Shown here in pieces: positions 18,056-28,306 of a stretch of 64,000 bases of DNA. Origin of the DNA: a virus; IMG/VR virus record IMGVR_UViG_3300028412_000004, positions 32,001 through 96,000 of that record; one strand, 5' to 3'. Position 1 is the first letter of the stretch; each line of letters starts with the position of its first letter. The notes beneath the pieces are model-generated. The model had not been told where the DNA came from. It ran no database searches and worked only from the letters and a program-made list of their open reading frames with translations. Made by a program: the position numbers and the translations under genes.

Positions 18056-21000
18056 ATGAAAGCGGTTGATCTGCTCATAGACTCACTCCTACCAGAGGAG
18101 CTACAAGGCACGGTAAAAGACATGGACTCCAAGTCATTGGATATCCTGATGTCAGCTATCGCCACCAAATACCCGGATAAATACGAAGCTATCTCTAAGG
18201 GTATCGCCGACGCTGGTAGGAATGCCAGCTATCTACAGGGTGAGACTATCACCCTCAACGACATGCGCACGCCGTTCGACAAGTCGAGCATACTGGCTGC
18301 CATGGACAAAGAGCTGGACCGGGTTAGACAGGCTAATCCGGAGACATTTCCCAAGACCCGAGTAAAGGTTTGGGAGAAGTATAATGACATCATGCAGAAT
18401 ATGACGAGTCAGAGTGCTCGTGAGAAGAACAATAATTTAGCCTACAGTGTCGTCTCCGGTGCGCGTGGTAAGCCTGCTCAACTTAAAGCTATGCTGGCTA
18501 CACCAGGCTACTACGCCGATTATAAGGGCGACACCATTCCCCTGTTCGTCCGTAACAGCTTCGGCCAGGGACTACGCCCTGCAGAGTTCCTTGCAGGCAC
18601 TTACGGCGCGCGGACTTCCGTCTTGTCGACAAAGAACTCCACCGCCCGTGGTGGGGATTTCGCAAAGCAGCTTGGGCAGAGTGCCGCTTCCACCATTGTG
18701 ACGATGTTGGATTGCGGTGTTAAAAATGGCATAGATCTGGAGCTGGAAGATAGTTCAATGCGCGGGCGTGTGCTGGCAAGAAGCACCGCAGGGGTGCCGG
18801 CCGGTACCATACTGGACAAGCACGCGCTCGGACAACTTCGTAGAAGTAAATCGGATACGGCCGTAGTGCGATCCCCCTTAACCTGTCAGGCTAGGGAAGG
18901 TGTGTGTGCTAAGTGTGTAGGCCAGTTCCACAACAACAAGCTCCCCTCGGTGGGAGATGCTGTAGGTATTACGGCCGCGCAATCGATCTCCGAACCAGTT
19001 ACGCAAGGCGCTCTGAACTGTTTAGCAGAGAACACCGAAGTTCTCATGGGCGACTTTTCCTATAAAAAAATCCAAGACGTCAGAGTTGGGGACATGGTAA
19101 TGGGGGCGGACGTCGAAGCACACTTATTCCCGGTAAAGGTAACACATACATGGGATCAAGGTTTACAGCCCGTCCAGACGTATGGTTACAAGCTGGGGCA
19201 GACGAAGGATATCCGGGAGGTTGTTTGCACAGAGGAGCACAAAATTTTACAGATTACGACCTACAGTAACGCAAAAGAGGGAAAGTTTAATTTCACCCCC
19301 AGGATACTTAAAGCAGGACGCCCCGCTGGGTTACCTTCCGCCGTATTACCCTCTGGGTTCAAAGAAGGTGTAGGAATTGAGGAGGATTTCGCCACGCTTT
19401 ATGGGTTCCACCTGGGAGACGGCATCCGCTTGAGTCCAGAGTGTTTACAAGCCTCCGTGTGTGTTTCTTGCGCTTGCTCCGAGACAGCAGCCGATCTTAA
19501 AACAGAGATGGCTAAGTTGGGCCTCACGATGAAGAAACGTAAGCGTAGCCACGACTGGGCTGTGTCGGATCTACAGAAAGGAACTAGTCTTGTAGACGCT
19601 AAGGGGCAGTTCGAGAAAGGTTTCCATAATCGTTATAAGCTGCTGCTCCAATCATTAGGGGCTTTGCATGAATGCTACCACAATAAAGTAATAGCACCTG
19701 TGGTTTGGGAGTGGGATAACAAGTCTATCGCCAAAATGATTGCCGGGTTTGTGTCCGCGGACGGATCTGTATACAGAGTCAAGGAATTGACACCAGGTGT
19801 GTCTTTTGGATCTACGGCGCTGTCGATGCTGGAAGAGTTGAAGCGCTTACTTGAATTAAGGTTTGGCATCTACAGCACACAACTCACACGAACGTCCCTA
19901 GCCTCTAAGAGCGAAACAAGGAAGCACGACGGCTGGCAATTCTGTATCACACGCCGAGATCAGCTTAAAAAGTTCAACGAACTCATAGCACCATTTATAC
20001 CAGGCCCTAAAAGAGAAAAACTGAGACAATACCTAGAGGAGGCTCCAAAGTCTCACTACGAGACGTCCACTTTCTATAAAGGCCGCCGTATTTACGCCGA
20101 ACCCAAAGGTATGACGCAGTGCTACGACATAACCGTGGACCACAAGGATCATTTGTTCGTGTTAAGAAATGGCTTAATTGTAAGCAACTCCAAGCACACT
20201 GGCGGTATGGCTTCCGGTAAGCGTGAGTATTCTGGCTTCGACGTCATCAATCAACTCGTCCAATCCCCCGAGGTGTTCCCCGACCGCGCCACCGTCGCAC
20301 ATGAGGCCGGTCGCGTGGAGTCCATCACAGAAGCCCCGCAGGGTGGTTTCTACATTAAACTAAATGGGAAGGACCTATACGTACCCGCTGGTTACGACGT
20401 CACTGCAAAGGTCGGTGATAAGGTGGAGGCTGGCGACCAACTCTCCGACGGTATTGTCGACCCTGAGGACATCATGAAGTTGAGAGGGCTGGGGTCCGGT
20501 CGCCGGTATTATGCCGAGCGTCTTAATAAGGCTTTGACCGATTCAGGTATGGCCGTCGATCGTCGCAACGTGGAGCTCGTATCTAGAGGAGCGTTCGATC
20601 ATGTGAAGATACAGGACGACGAGGGTATGCCAGGCTACCTCCCGGACGACGTAGTTAGTTACAATAAACTCACATCACATGCAGCTCCTGCGAAGGACGC
20701 GAAAGGCATGCGCCCGAGTCAGGCTGTGGGTAAGTTCCTGGCGACGCCAGCGCTGCACTACTCGATAGGTACTAAAATCACACCTCGAATGGCAGATAGG
20801 TTAGAGAAGTCTCACTACGATAGCATCTACACCTCCGATAGGGAGCCTAGTTTTACACCACAGTCAGTACGGCTACGCACTGCTGCGCACAGTAATCCTG
20901 ACTGGCTCGCATCCATGGCCACTTCTTACTTGAAAACTCAGCTAGAGCATGCTGCAATACGGGGAGACGATACCAATGTTAACTCAAACGTGCACTTCGG

Positions 21001-21061
21001 ACCTCGTCTAGCAAGAGGGACAGAGTTCGGCAAGGATGTCGCAACAACAGGTAAATTTTAA
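18056..21061 (+). CDS. rpoC: RNA polymerase beta' C-terminal fragment (bridge helix, trigger loop), intein-containing
   Basis: SGARG, GTYGAR, RSPLTC..GVCAKC, VGITAAQSISEPVTQ, HTGG. Confidence 0.93.
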   Translation: MKAVDLLIDSLLPEELQGTVKDMDSKSLDILMSAIATKYPDKYEAISKGIADAGRNASYLQGETITLNDMRTPFDKSSILAAMDKELDRVRQANPETFPKTRVKVWEKYNDIMQNMTSQSAREKNNNLAYSVVSGARGKPAQLKAMLATPGYYADYKGDTIPLFVRNSFGQGLRPAEFLAGTYGARTSVLSTKNSTARGGDFAKQLGQSAASTIVTMLDCGVKNGIDLELEDSSMRGRVLARSTAGVPAGTILDKHALGQLRRSKSDTAVVRSPLTCQAREGVCAKCVGQFHNNKLPSVGDAVGITAAQSISEPVTQGALNCLAENTEVLMGDFSYKKIQDVRVGDMVMGADVEAHLFPVKVTHTWDQGLQPVQTYGYKLGQTKDIREVVCTEEHKILQITTYSNAKEGKFNFTPRILKAGRPAGLPSAVLPSGFKEGVGIEEDFATLYGFHLGDGIRLSPECLQASVCVSCACSETAADLKTEMAKLGLTMKKRKRSHDWAVSDLQKGTSLVDAKGQFEKGFHNRYKLLLQSLGALHECYHNKVIAPVVWEWDNKSIAKMIAGFVSADGSVYRVKELTPGVSFGSTALSMLEELKRLLELRFGIYSTQLTRTSLASKSETRKHDGWQFCITRRDQLKKFNELIAPFIPGPKREKLRQYLEEAPKSHYETSTFYKGRRIYAEPKGMTQCYDITVDHKDHLFVLRNGLIVSNSKHTGGMASGKREYSGFDVINQLVQSPEVFPDRATVAHEAGRVESITEAPQGGFYIKLNGKDLYVPAGYDVTAKVGDKVEAGDQLSDGIVDPEDIMKLRGLGSGRRYYAERLNKALTDSGMAVDRRNVELVSRGAFDHVKIQDDEGMPGYLPDDVVSYNKLTSHAAPAKDAKGMRPSQAVGKFLATPALHYSIGTKITPRMADRLEKSHYDSIYTSDREPSFTPQSVRLRTAAHSNPDWLASMATSYLKTQLEHAAIRGDDTNVNSNVHFGPRLARGTEFGKDVATTGKF
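19019..20188 (+). mobile_element. intein with LAGLIDADG homing endonuclease (390 aa)
   Basis: Begins C-LAENTEV, ends LIVSN before Ser+1; motifs YGFHLGDG and AGFVSADG; removal restores TQGALN-SKHTGG. Confidence 0.92.
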
Positions 21062-21074
21062 TAAAGAAAACACT

Positions 21075-22226
21075 ATGAAAAACACTATGAAAAACACTGA
21101 ACTACTCACCTCGTCATTTTCTAGCGCCCCCGCTAAATCTGCTGCTGCTTTTGATGCTGCTACTGCTGCTACTGCTCTTGCTTCTGCCCCTCTAATTGGT
21201 GCAGCTGTTGGCGGGTCTTCTGGCCTTTTAAATGGTCTAATTAACGCACGCCCCGGACGCGTTGCGCAGGATAGTGCTTACGAGACAACTTATGGAACTG
21301 GTACCGGGCTAGGTGCAGGACTGGGTGTACTTGGCGGCGGCAGTCTTGCGGCGGGCCTGACGCACGGTGTAGATAGCAAGGCGCTTCGCGCATTACTTAT
21401 AAGTCTCGGTGTTGTTGGCGGTGGTGTTGGTGGGGCTGGGCTAGGAGCTAAATTAACTGATCTTGCCGTCGCTCGTGACTCGGCCAAGCTAGAGGAACGC
21501 AGGCGTCGCAGGGAAGAGAAGAAGGCATCCAATCAAGAACTACTCGCCGCATCCTTCGTCGTGAAAGAAGCCATGGAGAAGGAGGCATCTCTCGGCAAGC
21601 TGGGACTTTCAGCAGGTAAGGCCCTCTTGAGTGGAGGCGCTAACAAGCTACTATCCGGCGCAGCTAAGACGTGGTCTTTGCCTATGCGATTTATCGGAAG
21701 AGGTATGGGGCCTAAGAGTACAATAGGTAAGGCACTCGATGGAGCAGGCCGGCGCGTCGCTACCGTCGGAGCTAAAGCAACGCGGCGAGCCAGGCATGCT
21801 GAGAATGCGTTCGCTAAAGACGTAGCAAAAAATACTGCGGAAGATGCTGCCAAGAAGGTGGTAAGGCGTCGTGCGCAGAAGGCTATGGGGTATGGAACAG
21901 GTGCAGCAGGTCTGGCGGGTCTTGTAACAGCCCCAGCAGTAGCCGGCGCCACAGGTATACCAGGAGTTGGAGCAGCGACAAACCTTGCCGCCTTCGGCCC
22001 TATGTGGTATGGCGCAGGGAAAGCCTTAGATATAGGCCGTAACGTAAAGCAGCGAGGCGCTCAGCAAGCAACAGGCGCTTTGCTGAATCAGATGCAGAAC
22101 GCTTCGTTTATGGATCGTATGGGTTACCTGATGGCACCTGGAGCAGCTACCGGCAAGGTCCGAGGTATGGCAAACCAATACCTACCAGGATTCGAAAAAT
22201 ATTACAACCAAACATACGGCGGCTAA
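21075..22226 (+). CDS. Gly-zipper putative internal virion protein
   Basis: Gly/Ala hydrophobic helices; KSAA, KKAS, KEAS; start at ATG 21075 or 21087 uncertain. Confidence 0.65.
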   Translation: MKNTMKNTELLTSSFSSAPAKSAAAFDAATAATALASAPLIGAAVGGSSGLLNGLINARPGRVAQDSAYETTYGTGTGLGAGLGVLGGGSLAAGLTHGVDSKALRALLISLGVVGGGVGGAGLGAKLTDLAVARDSAKLEERRRRREEKKASNQELLAASFVVKEAMEKEASLGKLGLSAGKALLSGGANKLLSGAAKTWSLPMRFIGRGMGPKSTIGKALDGAGRRVATVGAKATRRARHAENAFAKDVAKNTAEDAAKKVVRRRAQKAMGYGTGAAGLAGLVTAPAVAGATGIPGVGAATNLAAFGPMWYGAGKALDIGRNVKQRGAQQATGALLNQMQNASFMDRMGYLMAPGAATGKVRGMANQYLPGFEKYYNQTYGG

Positions 22227-22234
22227 GTTAAGCA

Positions 22235-22270
22235 TTGCCGACAAGCTTACACTAGTATTAAACATTGAAT
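22235..22270 (+). promoter_or_regulatory. TTGCCG promoter candidate, predicted leaderless
   Basis: TTG 36 nt before ATG 22271. Confidence 0.4.
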
Positions 22271-24505
22271 ATGGATACTCTAACTCACGACTGGAAAAAG
22301 AAAGCAGCTGCAGCTTCTAGTGCAGCAGATTCCGAAGCGATCGAAAAAGCTTTCATGGATCAAGCCTACACCTTCGTAGCCAACAAGGCTGGAGATTTGA
22401 TGACAGACCCATACAGACTCGGGTTCGAGGTCGTCTACAAGAACGACGACAACACCCGGATGGTCGGTATATTTGCCTTCCGTATCGATGATGAACTGCT
22501 CTACGTTCCTTGCTTCTTCCTGTCGGGAGAGATCAAAGGCACTGACCTACTTTACCGCCATGACTCCAAGAAGTTCGTCCCGCTCAACCGGGATTGGGTT
22601 GCGTTCCTTTTAGAAAAGTCCGAGGCTTTCGAAGGGAAAGGTATCGACAAGGACCATCTACGTAAGATGCCTACGGATGTTAACCTGCGAGAGCTTGCAT
22701 CGCCGCCTTCCCGAGGCGGACGTGGTATTGGAAAATACGCCTCTGTTGAGGAAAAGCCTACCTTTAAGGATCTAGAGAAAATGGCCGGCGCGCACGTCGA
22801 AGCTTTCAAACCTGTGTTGAAGTCATTCCTGCAAGAGAATGGTATGGAGGCTTTCGACAAGCTTGCAGGTTGGATCGGGGAAAGTCCCCGCTTCACTAAA
22901 ACTCTACTCGAAAACGTAGCTGAGAGCGAGTTCCTACTCGACGATCTCGACTATCCTGTCAAAGAAGCTGCAGCAAAGTCAGGCAGCCTTCGCCTTATTA
23001 CCGGAGCTATCCCAGAGGAAGGGATCAAGTCGGCGTCCGAGGCTGAAGATTTCTTCAAGCGAGGCTTCGCCTTACTGGACGATCGCAGTAAAGATCTTTC
23101 CGTCATCACACAAGACGACACCGAGCAGTTCCAGGGTATCAGCGAAGCTGGTATCTACGACATCATCATGGGGGACGGATCTCTTGAGGAAGCCCTCGTC
23201 ACTAACGGCGAGTGTGTCGCCTTCCCGAGTCGGACGAGTCTATGCCCATCCAGTAACTACGAACCGGGATGCTATGCCAATGAGGTTAATGAAAGTGTTG
23301 TGGTTCTGCGTAAATCCAAGGAGTCTGGAGTACACTCTGAGGTGGTGGGTATTCAAAAGAAGGACATGCATACCACCCTCGCAGACGAGGACATGCTCAA
23401 AAAGACCATGTCCAGCGGAAAGACCTACCGTATTTTCGACACCAAGTCTGGTGCGCTTACAGACCCTATCTACTGTAAGGAATCCAAAACTAAGAATGGC
23501 ATCAAGTGCTACTCTGTATGCACTAGTTACGAGCAACCCTGGACTTTAAAGGTAAATCCTGATTATGATGGGTTCGACTTAGAGGCTTGTGTAATTGGCG
23601 GTAACAACCGGTTTGTGGAAATCGCCGCCAAAATCTCTGCTGTAGAACACTCACCGCAAGACGAAGTCAGGATCGATGTAAAGCCTACGCAGAACGTTGG
23701 TAATATGAAACACTTACTGTTCCGTATCTCGGAGGCGGGATATAAGAGAGCTTGCGTTGTTCGGACTTCGGAAGATTTCTACCGTATACACACCGGATCC
23801 AAATACCTCGCGGAAGAAGTAGGATTCAAATCTGCATGTGTTGGGCTGGCCAAAGGCTTAGCTATTCCAGGTGAGCAGGCTTTGGCTATTATGGACAAGG
23901 TCGCTGCCGATGGTAAGTTTGCATTCTTTATCCAACCTTGTGGGACTAAAGAAGCCTCTGTCATCCGTACTTTAAATGAACCCGCTTTCGAGAATACCTA
24001 CGATAATGACTTTGGTGTGGAGGTTGAGCCTGTGCAGCAATACACCGTTGATACTGAGGCAGACTTTGAGGACGTACCAGAGCAACGTGTGGGCGATGCT
24101 ATGGATCCAAGAGTGCCTGGCGGAATCCCTGGTAATGGAGACAGCGTCCCTATGGATGTCCTCCGATCGGCACCTCCGGAGGCTCTGGCGCAGTATGCAA
24201 AAATGCATAATCTTCCCAATGTGTTCGAGCACGGACTCGTAGGTTCACTTGTAAAGACCTACGACAGTGTCGCCATGATCGATAAATACGTACCTGAGAT
24301 TGAATCAGCTCTCGACAGTATCGGACGCATCCTATTCCTCTTCTGGTGGAAGCCGGGTGATTTCCAGGAAGCCTACGGCGTCGACGATATGACCAATCTT
24401 GAGCATGAGTTACTTTCCAACTTCAAGTCTGTTGGAGAACTCACACTGGACTTGATCAAACGCTCTAAGAAGCACACCAGGGGCACACCACCACTGCCCA
24501 GTTGA
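22271..24505 (+). CDS. large head-region protein of unknown function with many K-x-A sites
   Basis: About 745 aa; KKAA, KYAS, KMAG, KEAA, KSAS, KEAS. Confidence 0.75.
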   Translation: MDTLTHDWKKKAAAASSAADSEAIEKAFMDQAYTFVANKAGDLMTDPYRLGFEVVYKNDDNTRMVGIFAFRIDDELLYVPCFFLSGEIKGTDLLYRHDSKKFVPLNRDWVAFLLEKSEAFEGKGIDKDHLRKMPTDVNLRELASPPSRGGRGIGKYASVEEKPTFKDLEKMAGAHVEAFKPVLKSFLQENGMEAFDKLAGWIGESPRFTKTLLENVAESEFLLDDLDYPVKEAAAKSGSLRLITGAIPEEGIKSASEAEDFFKRGFALLDDRSKDLSVITQDDTEQFQGISEAGIYDIIMGDGSLEEALVTNGECVAFPSRTSLCPSSNYEPGCYANEVNESVVVLRKSKESGVHSEVVGIQKKDMHTTLADEDMLKKTMSSGKTYRIFDTKSGALTDPIYCKESKTKNGIKCYSVCTSYEQPWTLKVNPDYDGFDLEACVIGGNNRFVEIAAKISAVEHSPQDEVRIDVKPTQNVGNMKHLLFRISEAGYKRACVVRTSEDFYRIHTGSKYLAEEVGFKSACVGLAKGLAIPGEQALAIMDKVAADGKFAFFIQPCGTKEASVIRTLNEPAFENTYDNDFGVEVEPVQQYTVDTEADFEDVPEQRVGDAMDPRVPGGIPGNGDSVPMDVLRSAPPEALAQYAKMHNLPNVFEHGLVGSLVKTYDSVAMIDKYVPEIESALDSIGRILFLFWWKPGDFQEAYGVDDMTNLEHELLSNFKSVGELTLDLIKRSKKHTRGTPPLPS

Positions 24506-24508
24506 GTT

Positions 24509-25435
24509 ATGAATGCTACGCGTATTAAACAACTGGCTTGGTATCTGCCGGACGGAGACACAAATCCTCTCCGCAGAACCCAGTTCAAAGAAAATGAAAA
24601 CATCCCAGAGTGGTTGGAGGGTGACGTGTTGCATTTCACAGCCTGCTACTCCGATTTAAAGTTCGGATGGACACTCGTAAGATCCCTGGCTTCTCGCGGC
24701 GCTCCGATGCCTTGCATCGTAGACGGTGATGATACGGTCCTCTGGAGAGCGTACTACCACCTAAACGGTTTCCATGATAGCATTATAGCGTCTGCCATGC
24801 AGTTAACGACAACTGCTATGGAGCAGACCCGAATGTCTCTGGAAGCAGCCCTACTCACCTCGCAAGGTGTGGACGATAAAGAAAGCTGGCTGCAGGTAGT
24901 TTGCAAAGAGCATACACTTTCCAGGGACGTGGTGATTGCTTACGAGAAGCTTTTCTTCAACATACTCGATCGCCTCGGCGATGAGAAATTTATACGCCAG
25001 ACCGTATACCCGGGATCAAGGATGGTGGAGATGATGGAGAATTACATTCAAAACGAAGGTATTGGATCCATCATGCGCCGCACTGGTTATAACAACGGCC
25101 TCAGCGATCTGATGTATCTCATGGGCGACCGTCGCAACCCCTTGAACAACTCAGACAGCAGACAGTCTGCTGCTATGCTGGAAAAGACCATGATGGTTAA
25201 CGGACTTTACCTTGCCCGAAACGGCTGGTTGAACCAAATGCAAAACTCCGCAGGACTTATGCACTCAAGACAGCTCATGCAGGCGGCCAAAGCCGGCGGC
25301 GAGTCTGATCAACCTGTATCGCCCATCTCATCGCTTGGTGATATTCTTATAGGAGAGATCCAAACCATGCACGAGAAAGAGAGTGGAGAACGTGCAATAC
25401 TATCTCGAAATGTTATGCGGCCCGAGAATACTTAA
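24509..25435 (+). CDS. hypothetical protein
   Basis: 308 aa ORF, 3 nt after the previous stop. Confidence 0.7.
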   Translation: MNATRIKQLAWYLPDGDTNPLRRTQFKENENIPEWLEGDVLHFTACYSDLKFGWTLVRSLASRGAPMPCIVDGDDTVLWRAYYHLNGFHDSIIASAMQLTTTAMEQTRMSLEAALLTSQGVDDKESWLQVVCKEHTLSRDVVIAYEKLFFNILDRLGDEKFIRQTVYPGSRMVEMMENYIQNEGIGSIMRRTGYNNGLSDLMYLMGDRRNPLNNSDSRQSAAMLEKTMMVNGLYLARNGWLNQMQNSAGLMHSRQLMQAAKAGGESDQPVSPISSLGDILIGEIQTMHEKESGERAILSRNVMRPENT

Positions 25436-25451
25436 CTGCGGCAATACAAGC

Positions 25452-25486
25452 TTGATATAATATTACTTTCACACTTTAATGCCATT
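25452..25486 (+). promoter_or_regulatory. TTGATA..TTTAAT promoter, predicted leaderless
   Basis: 17-nt spacer; hexamer ends 6 nt before ATG 25487. Confidence 0.6.
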
Positions 25487-27010
25487 ATGAATCAGCAAGA
25501 AGCCATCGGTTATATACAGGATATTCTTCCCCAGATCTCTCACAGCTCAGAAGCTGAGGATGTTCTACTAAAGTTCGCACACGCTAAGAACTTAGCACCT
25601 GCGCAAGTAGAAAGGCTTGGACAAGTCTTCAACAACGCCAAAACGCTCACATTCCTCGAGAAATCGGCGAACAGAGGAGGATCGTTCCCGGTGATAGATA
25701 CAGAGAACCTCGTAGCACGCTATACTGACCTTCCAACTAAACGCAGCATTCAGCAACCAGGCCGTAGTGCTGAGGTGAGCGAGTGGTGTGGTGACGACCT
25801 TTCAAAGTCGGCTTCAGAATACGAGGAGCTTTCCTCTTTCCCCTCGCTGGAAGCGTTGCAAAGCTCCGAGCCTCGCTTCGTTGGAGAGCCTGATGCGTGC
25901 ACAAGTAAAGAAGCGTCCGAATTGGAGGAGCGTATACAATTCTTCCGCAAGCATGCGGCTCATGCTTGTATGCGTATCGACGAAGAATTCCTCGACATGT
26001 TTGAAGACGAGCAAAGAGATATCATCCGGGATAAGGTTGCTTCCATAGTAGACTCTGGGCGTTCTTCGACTCTTGACTTTAAGTCTGCCATCAAAGCAGC
26101 TGCCTACTTACTGGGACCAGAAACCTACGGGGAAGTCCAAGGTATTTTGAAAAGCGCTTCCAACGGCCGGTTAAATGCTGTTGATATGGACTTCAAGCAA
26201 CTTGACGAGGAATACGCGTTCAACCCAGAAGCCCGGCAAACGGAGGAAGTGGTTGATCTGCACGACAAACTGGCATCCATTCTTCATTCTTACGATCTGC
26301 TAAGAATCGCCCGTGAAGAACGTGAAAGTATCATAGGAGAAAAAAGCGCCGCCGTCGCCACTGGTTACGGCGATACTGCGCAGCAAAGTAAAGCTAAGAT
26401 GCATTACAACCAGTCTACACACAGTCCTCAAAGCTCCAGTAAGACGACTAAAAGTAACCCAAAAGGTAAACCACGTGGCACCCCGTCCAGCCGCGGTAAT
26501 GGTGGCAATGGTGGTGGTGGCAATGGTGGTGGTGGCAATGGTGGTGATGACAAGGACAAGAAGGACAAGAAGGATAACAAAAAAAACACCGCAGACGAAA
26601 TCCTTGAATCTCTAGTCGGTGTCATGAACCCCTCGAATGTAAACAGTAAAGTTAAAGAACTCATCAACGATTTTAAATCGCCGAACAAGAGTCAGTATGC
26701 CGTAGACACCGCGTTATCAGACTCTGCAGCCCACGTGGCTCTGACCAAAGCTCTACGAGATCCGATTGTATCGGAGGCGGATCCAGAAACAGTCGTTTCG
26801 TTGTTTAACTCTATGCGTGCTGCTAACCCTGCGTTCGTGGAGGACCCAAACAATCTTGTTATGGCACTGCGTGAAGCGGTGCAGTATGACTCCATCCCGA
26901 TTCACACACTTAAGGAGTTGCTGGACATGAGCCTGTCACAGGCTAAGATTAAAGATCTTAACGACAAGGCATATCAATCTAACTACGGAAACGTTCCACG
27001 TAAGGCATGA
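25487..27010 (+). CDS. head-region protein with many K-x-A sites and a Gly/Asn, Lys/Asp low-complexity linker
   Basis: KSAN, KSAS, KEAS, KHAA, KSAS, KSAA; GNGGNGGGG..DDKDKKDKK. Confidence 0.7.
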   Translation: MNQQEAIGYIQDILPQISHSSEAEDVLLKFAHAKNLAPAQVERLGQVFNNAKTLTFLEKSANRGGSFPVIDTENLVARYTDLPTKRSIQQPGRSAEVSEWCGDDLSKSASEYEELSSFPSLEALQSSEPRFVGEPDACTSKEASELEERIQFFRKHAAHACMRIDEEFLDMFEDEQRDIIRDKVASIVDSGRSSTLDFKSAIKAAAYLLGPETYGEVQGILKSASNGRLNAVDMDFKQLDEEYAFNPEARQTEEVVDLHDKLASILHSYDLLRIAREERESIIGEKSAAVATGYGDTAQQSKAKMHYNQSTHSPQSSSKTTKSNPKGKPRGTPSSRGNGGNGGGGNGGGGNGGDDKDKKDKKDNKKNTADEILESLVGVMNPSNVNSKVKELINDFKSPNKSQYAVDTALSDSAAHVALTKALRDPIVSEADPETVVSLFNSMRAANPAFVEDPNNLVMALREAVQYDSIPIHTLKELLDMSLSQAKIKDLNDKAYQSNYGNVPRKA

Positions 27011-27396
27011 AGTTGAGTAAGACTATACGTTTTTACAACAACGCCTACCACGTGATCTTAAAGATTCAGTGGTCTGGCGATAGCCTGAGCGAAAAAGAAA
27101 AAGAGGTGTTTGAAGCCGGCGCAGAGGTAGAACTGGACGTAGGTGGGTGTTTTGAATCAGAAAGGCCTGATGTTGATTTCTGTATACCTGCAGACATACG
27201 CAAGTTCCCTTTCAAAGCAGAGATACGTCAAGTATTTGGAGGCTCGGATGATTGCTCCCTTGAAAGAGCCAACCTTAAGGCTATAGTTTACTTCACACAA
27301 CTGAGAGATCGGATAGTTAACGCACGTGACAGACTGATCGCAGAACACTCCAGACAAACTCAAAATTCAAAAGAAGCCTATTATGACAAATACTGA
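27007..27396 (+). CDS. hypothetical protein
   Basis: 129 aa, overlaps both neighbours. Confidence 0.65.
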   Translation: MKLSKTIRFYNNAYHVILKIQWSGDSLSEKEKEVFEAGAEVELDVGGCFESERPDVDFCIPADIRKFPFKAEIRQVFGGSDDCSLERANLKAIVYFTQLRDRIVNARDRLIAEHSRQTQNSKEAYYDKY

Positions 27397-28300
27397 GATG
27401 CAGAAGGAAGCCTTTGCTGATAGGATCAGCGATCTTACAGACACCGCAAAAGATAAGCTGGGGGAAGTCGGGACACGTATGGGGGACTTGGATCCTAAAA
27501 TACTAACAGCCCTTCTTGCAAGCGGCGCTGGTGCAGGCCTTCTAGGTGGCTACCTAACTTCACGTGGACGTGAGCGTCGTGGTGAATCTTCAGGAGCCCG
27601 GCGTCGGCGCATTCTACGCAACGCGCTGCTGACGGCTGGCGCTGGCGCTGGCGCTGCTGGGTTGGGTATGTATGGCCTTAACCAGTTAAATACTGCACTC
27701 CCTGAAGGCGATGAGGATCCTGCAAGTAAGTTCTTCACCTCTAACCTTATGCGCGGCGGTTACGGTTACACCGGTTACCAGCTCGGTGACATGATGTCTG
27801 GTATGGGAGCGCAGGGTTCGCGCGCAAAAACTATTTTAGGTAATGGAGGATTTGCTGGATATGAATCACGCATGTCCAACTCCGCAGCGCGTAACCAACT
27901 ACGCTCACTTGCTGGAACTACCAACAAAACCGACCTGGCAAGGCTTACGCGGGCCGGAGACAAGGCGCTAATGCGTGCAGGCTTGGATCCTACTAAGGTG
28001 CAAATGAAAGGATTAACTCCAGAAGAAGCATTCCCTTGGCTCTTAGGCAAGACTAAGGATGTGCGCGGTCGTATTGGAGCTTCTCCCCTAGGACAAACAA
28101 TTTCTAACACCGCAAAAAAAATCCCTGGGGTGAGTAAGGTGCCTAAAACGCTCGGCGGTCTTAGAGGTGTCGCCAACGCGGCCGGTGGTAGAAAGGCAGG
28201 ACTTGGAGTAGCTCTAGCAGGTTTGTTACTACCGGAAGTCCTCGGCACTGCTAAATCCTTGGGAGGTTTAGCAACGTCTAACCCTTTTAAAGGAGAGTAA
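27383..28300 (+). CDS. Gly-zipper putative internal virion protein
   Basis: N-terminal KEAF; helices ASGAGAGLLGG, TAGAGAGAAGLG, AGLGVALAGLL. Confidence 0.65.
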   Translation: MTNTEMQKEAFADRISDLTDTAKDKLGEVGTRMGDLDPKILTALLASGAGAGLLGGYLTSRGRERRGESSGARRRRILRNALLTAGAGAGAAGLGMYGLNQLNTALPEGDEDPASKFFTSNLMRGGYGYTGYQLGDMMSGMGAQGSRAKTILGNGGFAGYESRMSNSAARNQLRSLAGTTNKTDLARLTRAGDKALMRAGLDPTKVQMKGLTPEEAFPWLLGKTKDVRGRIGASPLGQTISNTAKKIPGVSKVPKTLGGLRGVANAAGGRKAGLGVALAGLLLPEVLGTAKSLGGLATSNPFKGE

Positions 28301-28306
28301 AGCATT

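Noticed and set aside
5081-21061. Host chromosomal rpoBC locus
   Set aside because: Fragmented and divergent, no ribosomal protein genes, surrounded by capsid and tail genes
18056-21061. Eukaryotic giant virus origin suggested by the Leu-Asn trigger loop
   Set aside because: Other RNAP motifs are bacterial-type; sigma factor, lipoproteins, overlapping operon genes and a contractile tail indicate a bacteriophage
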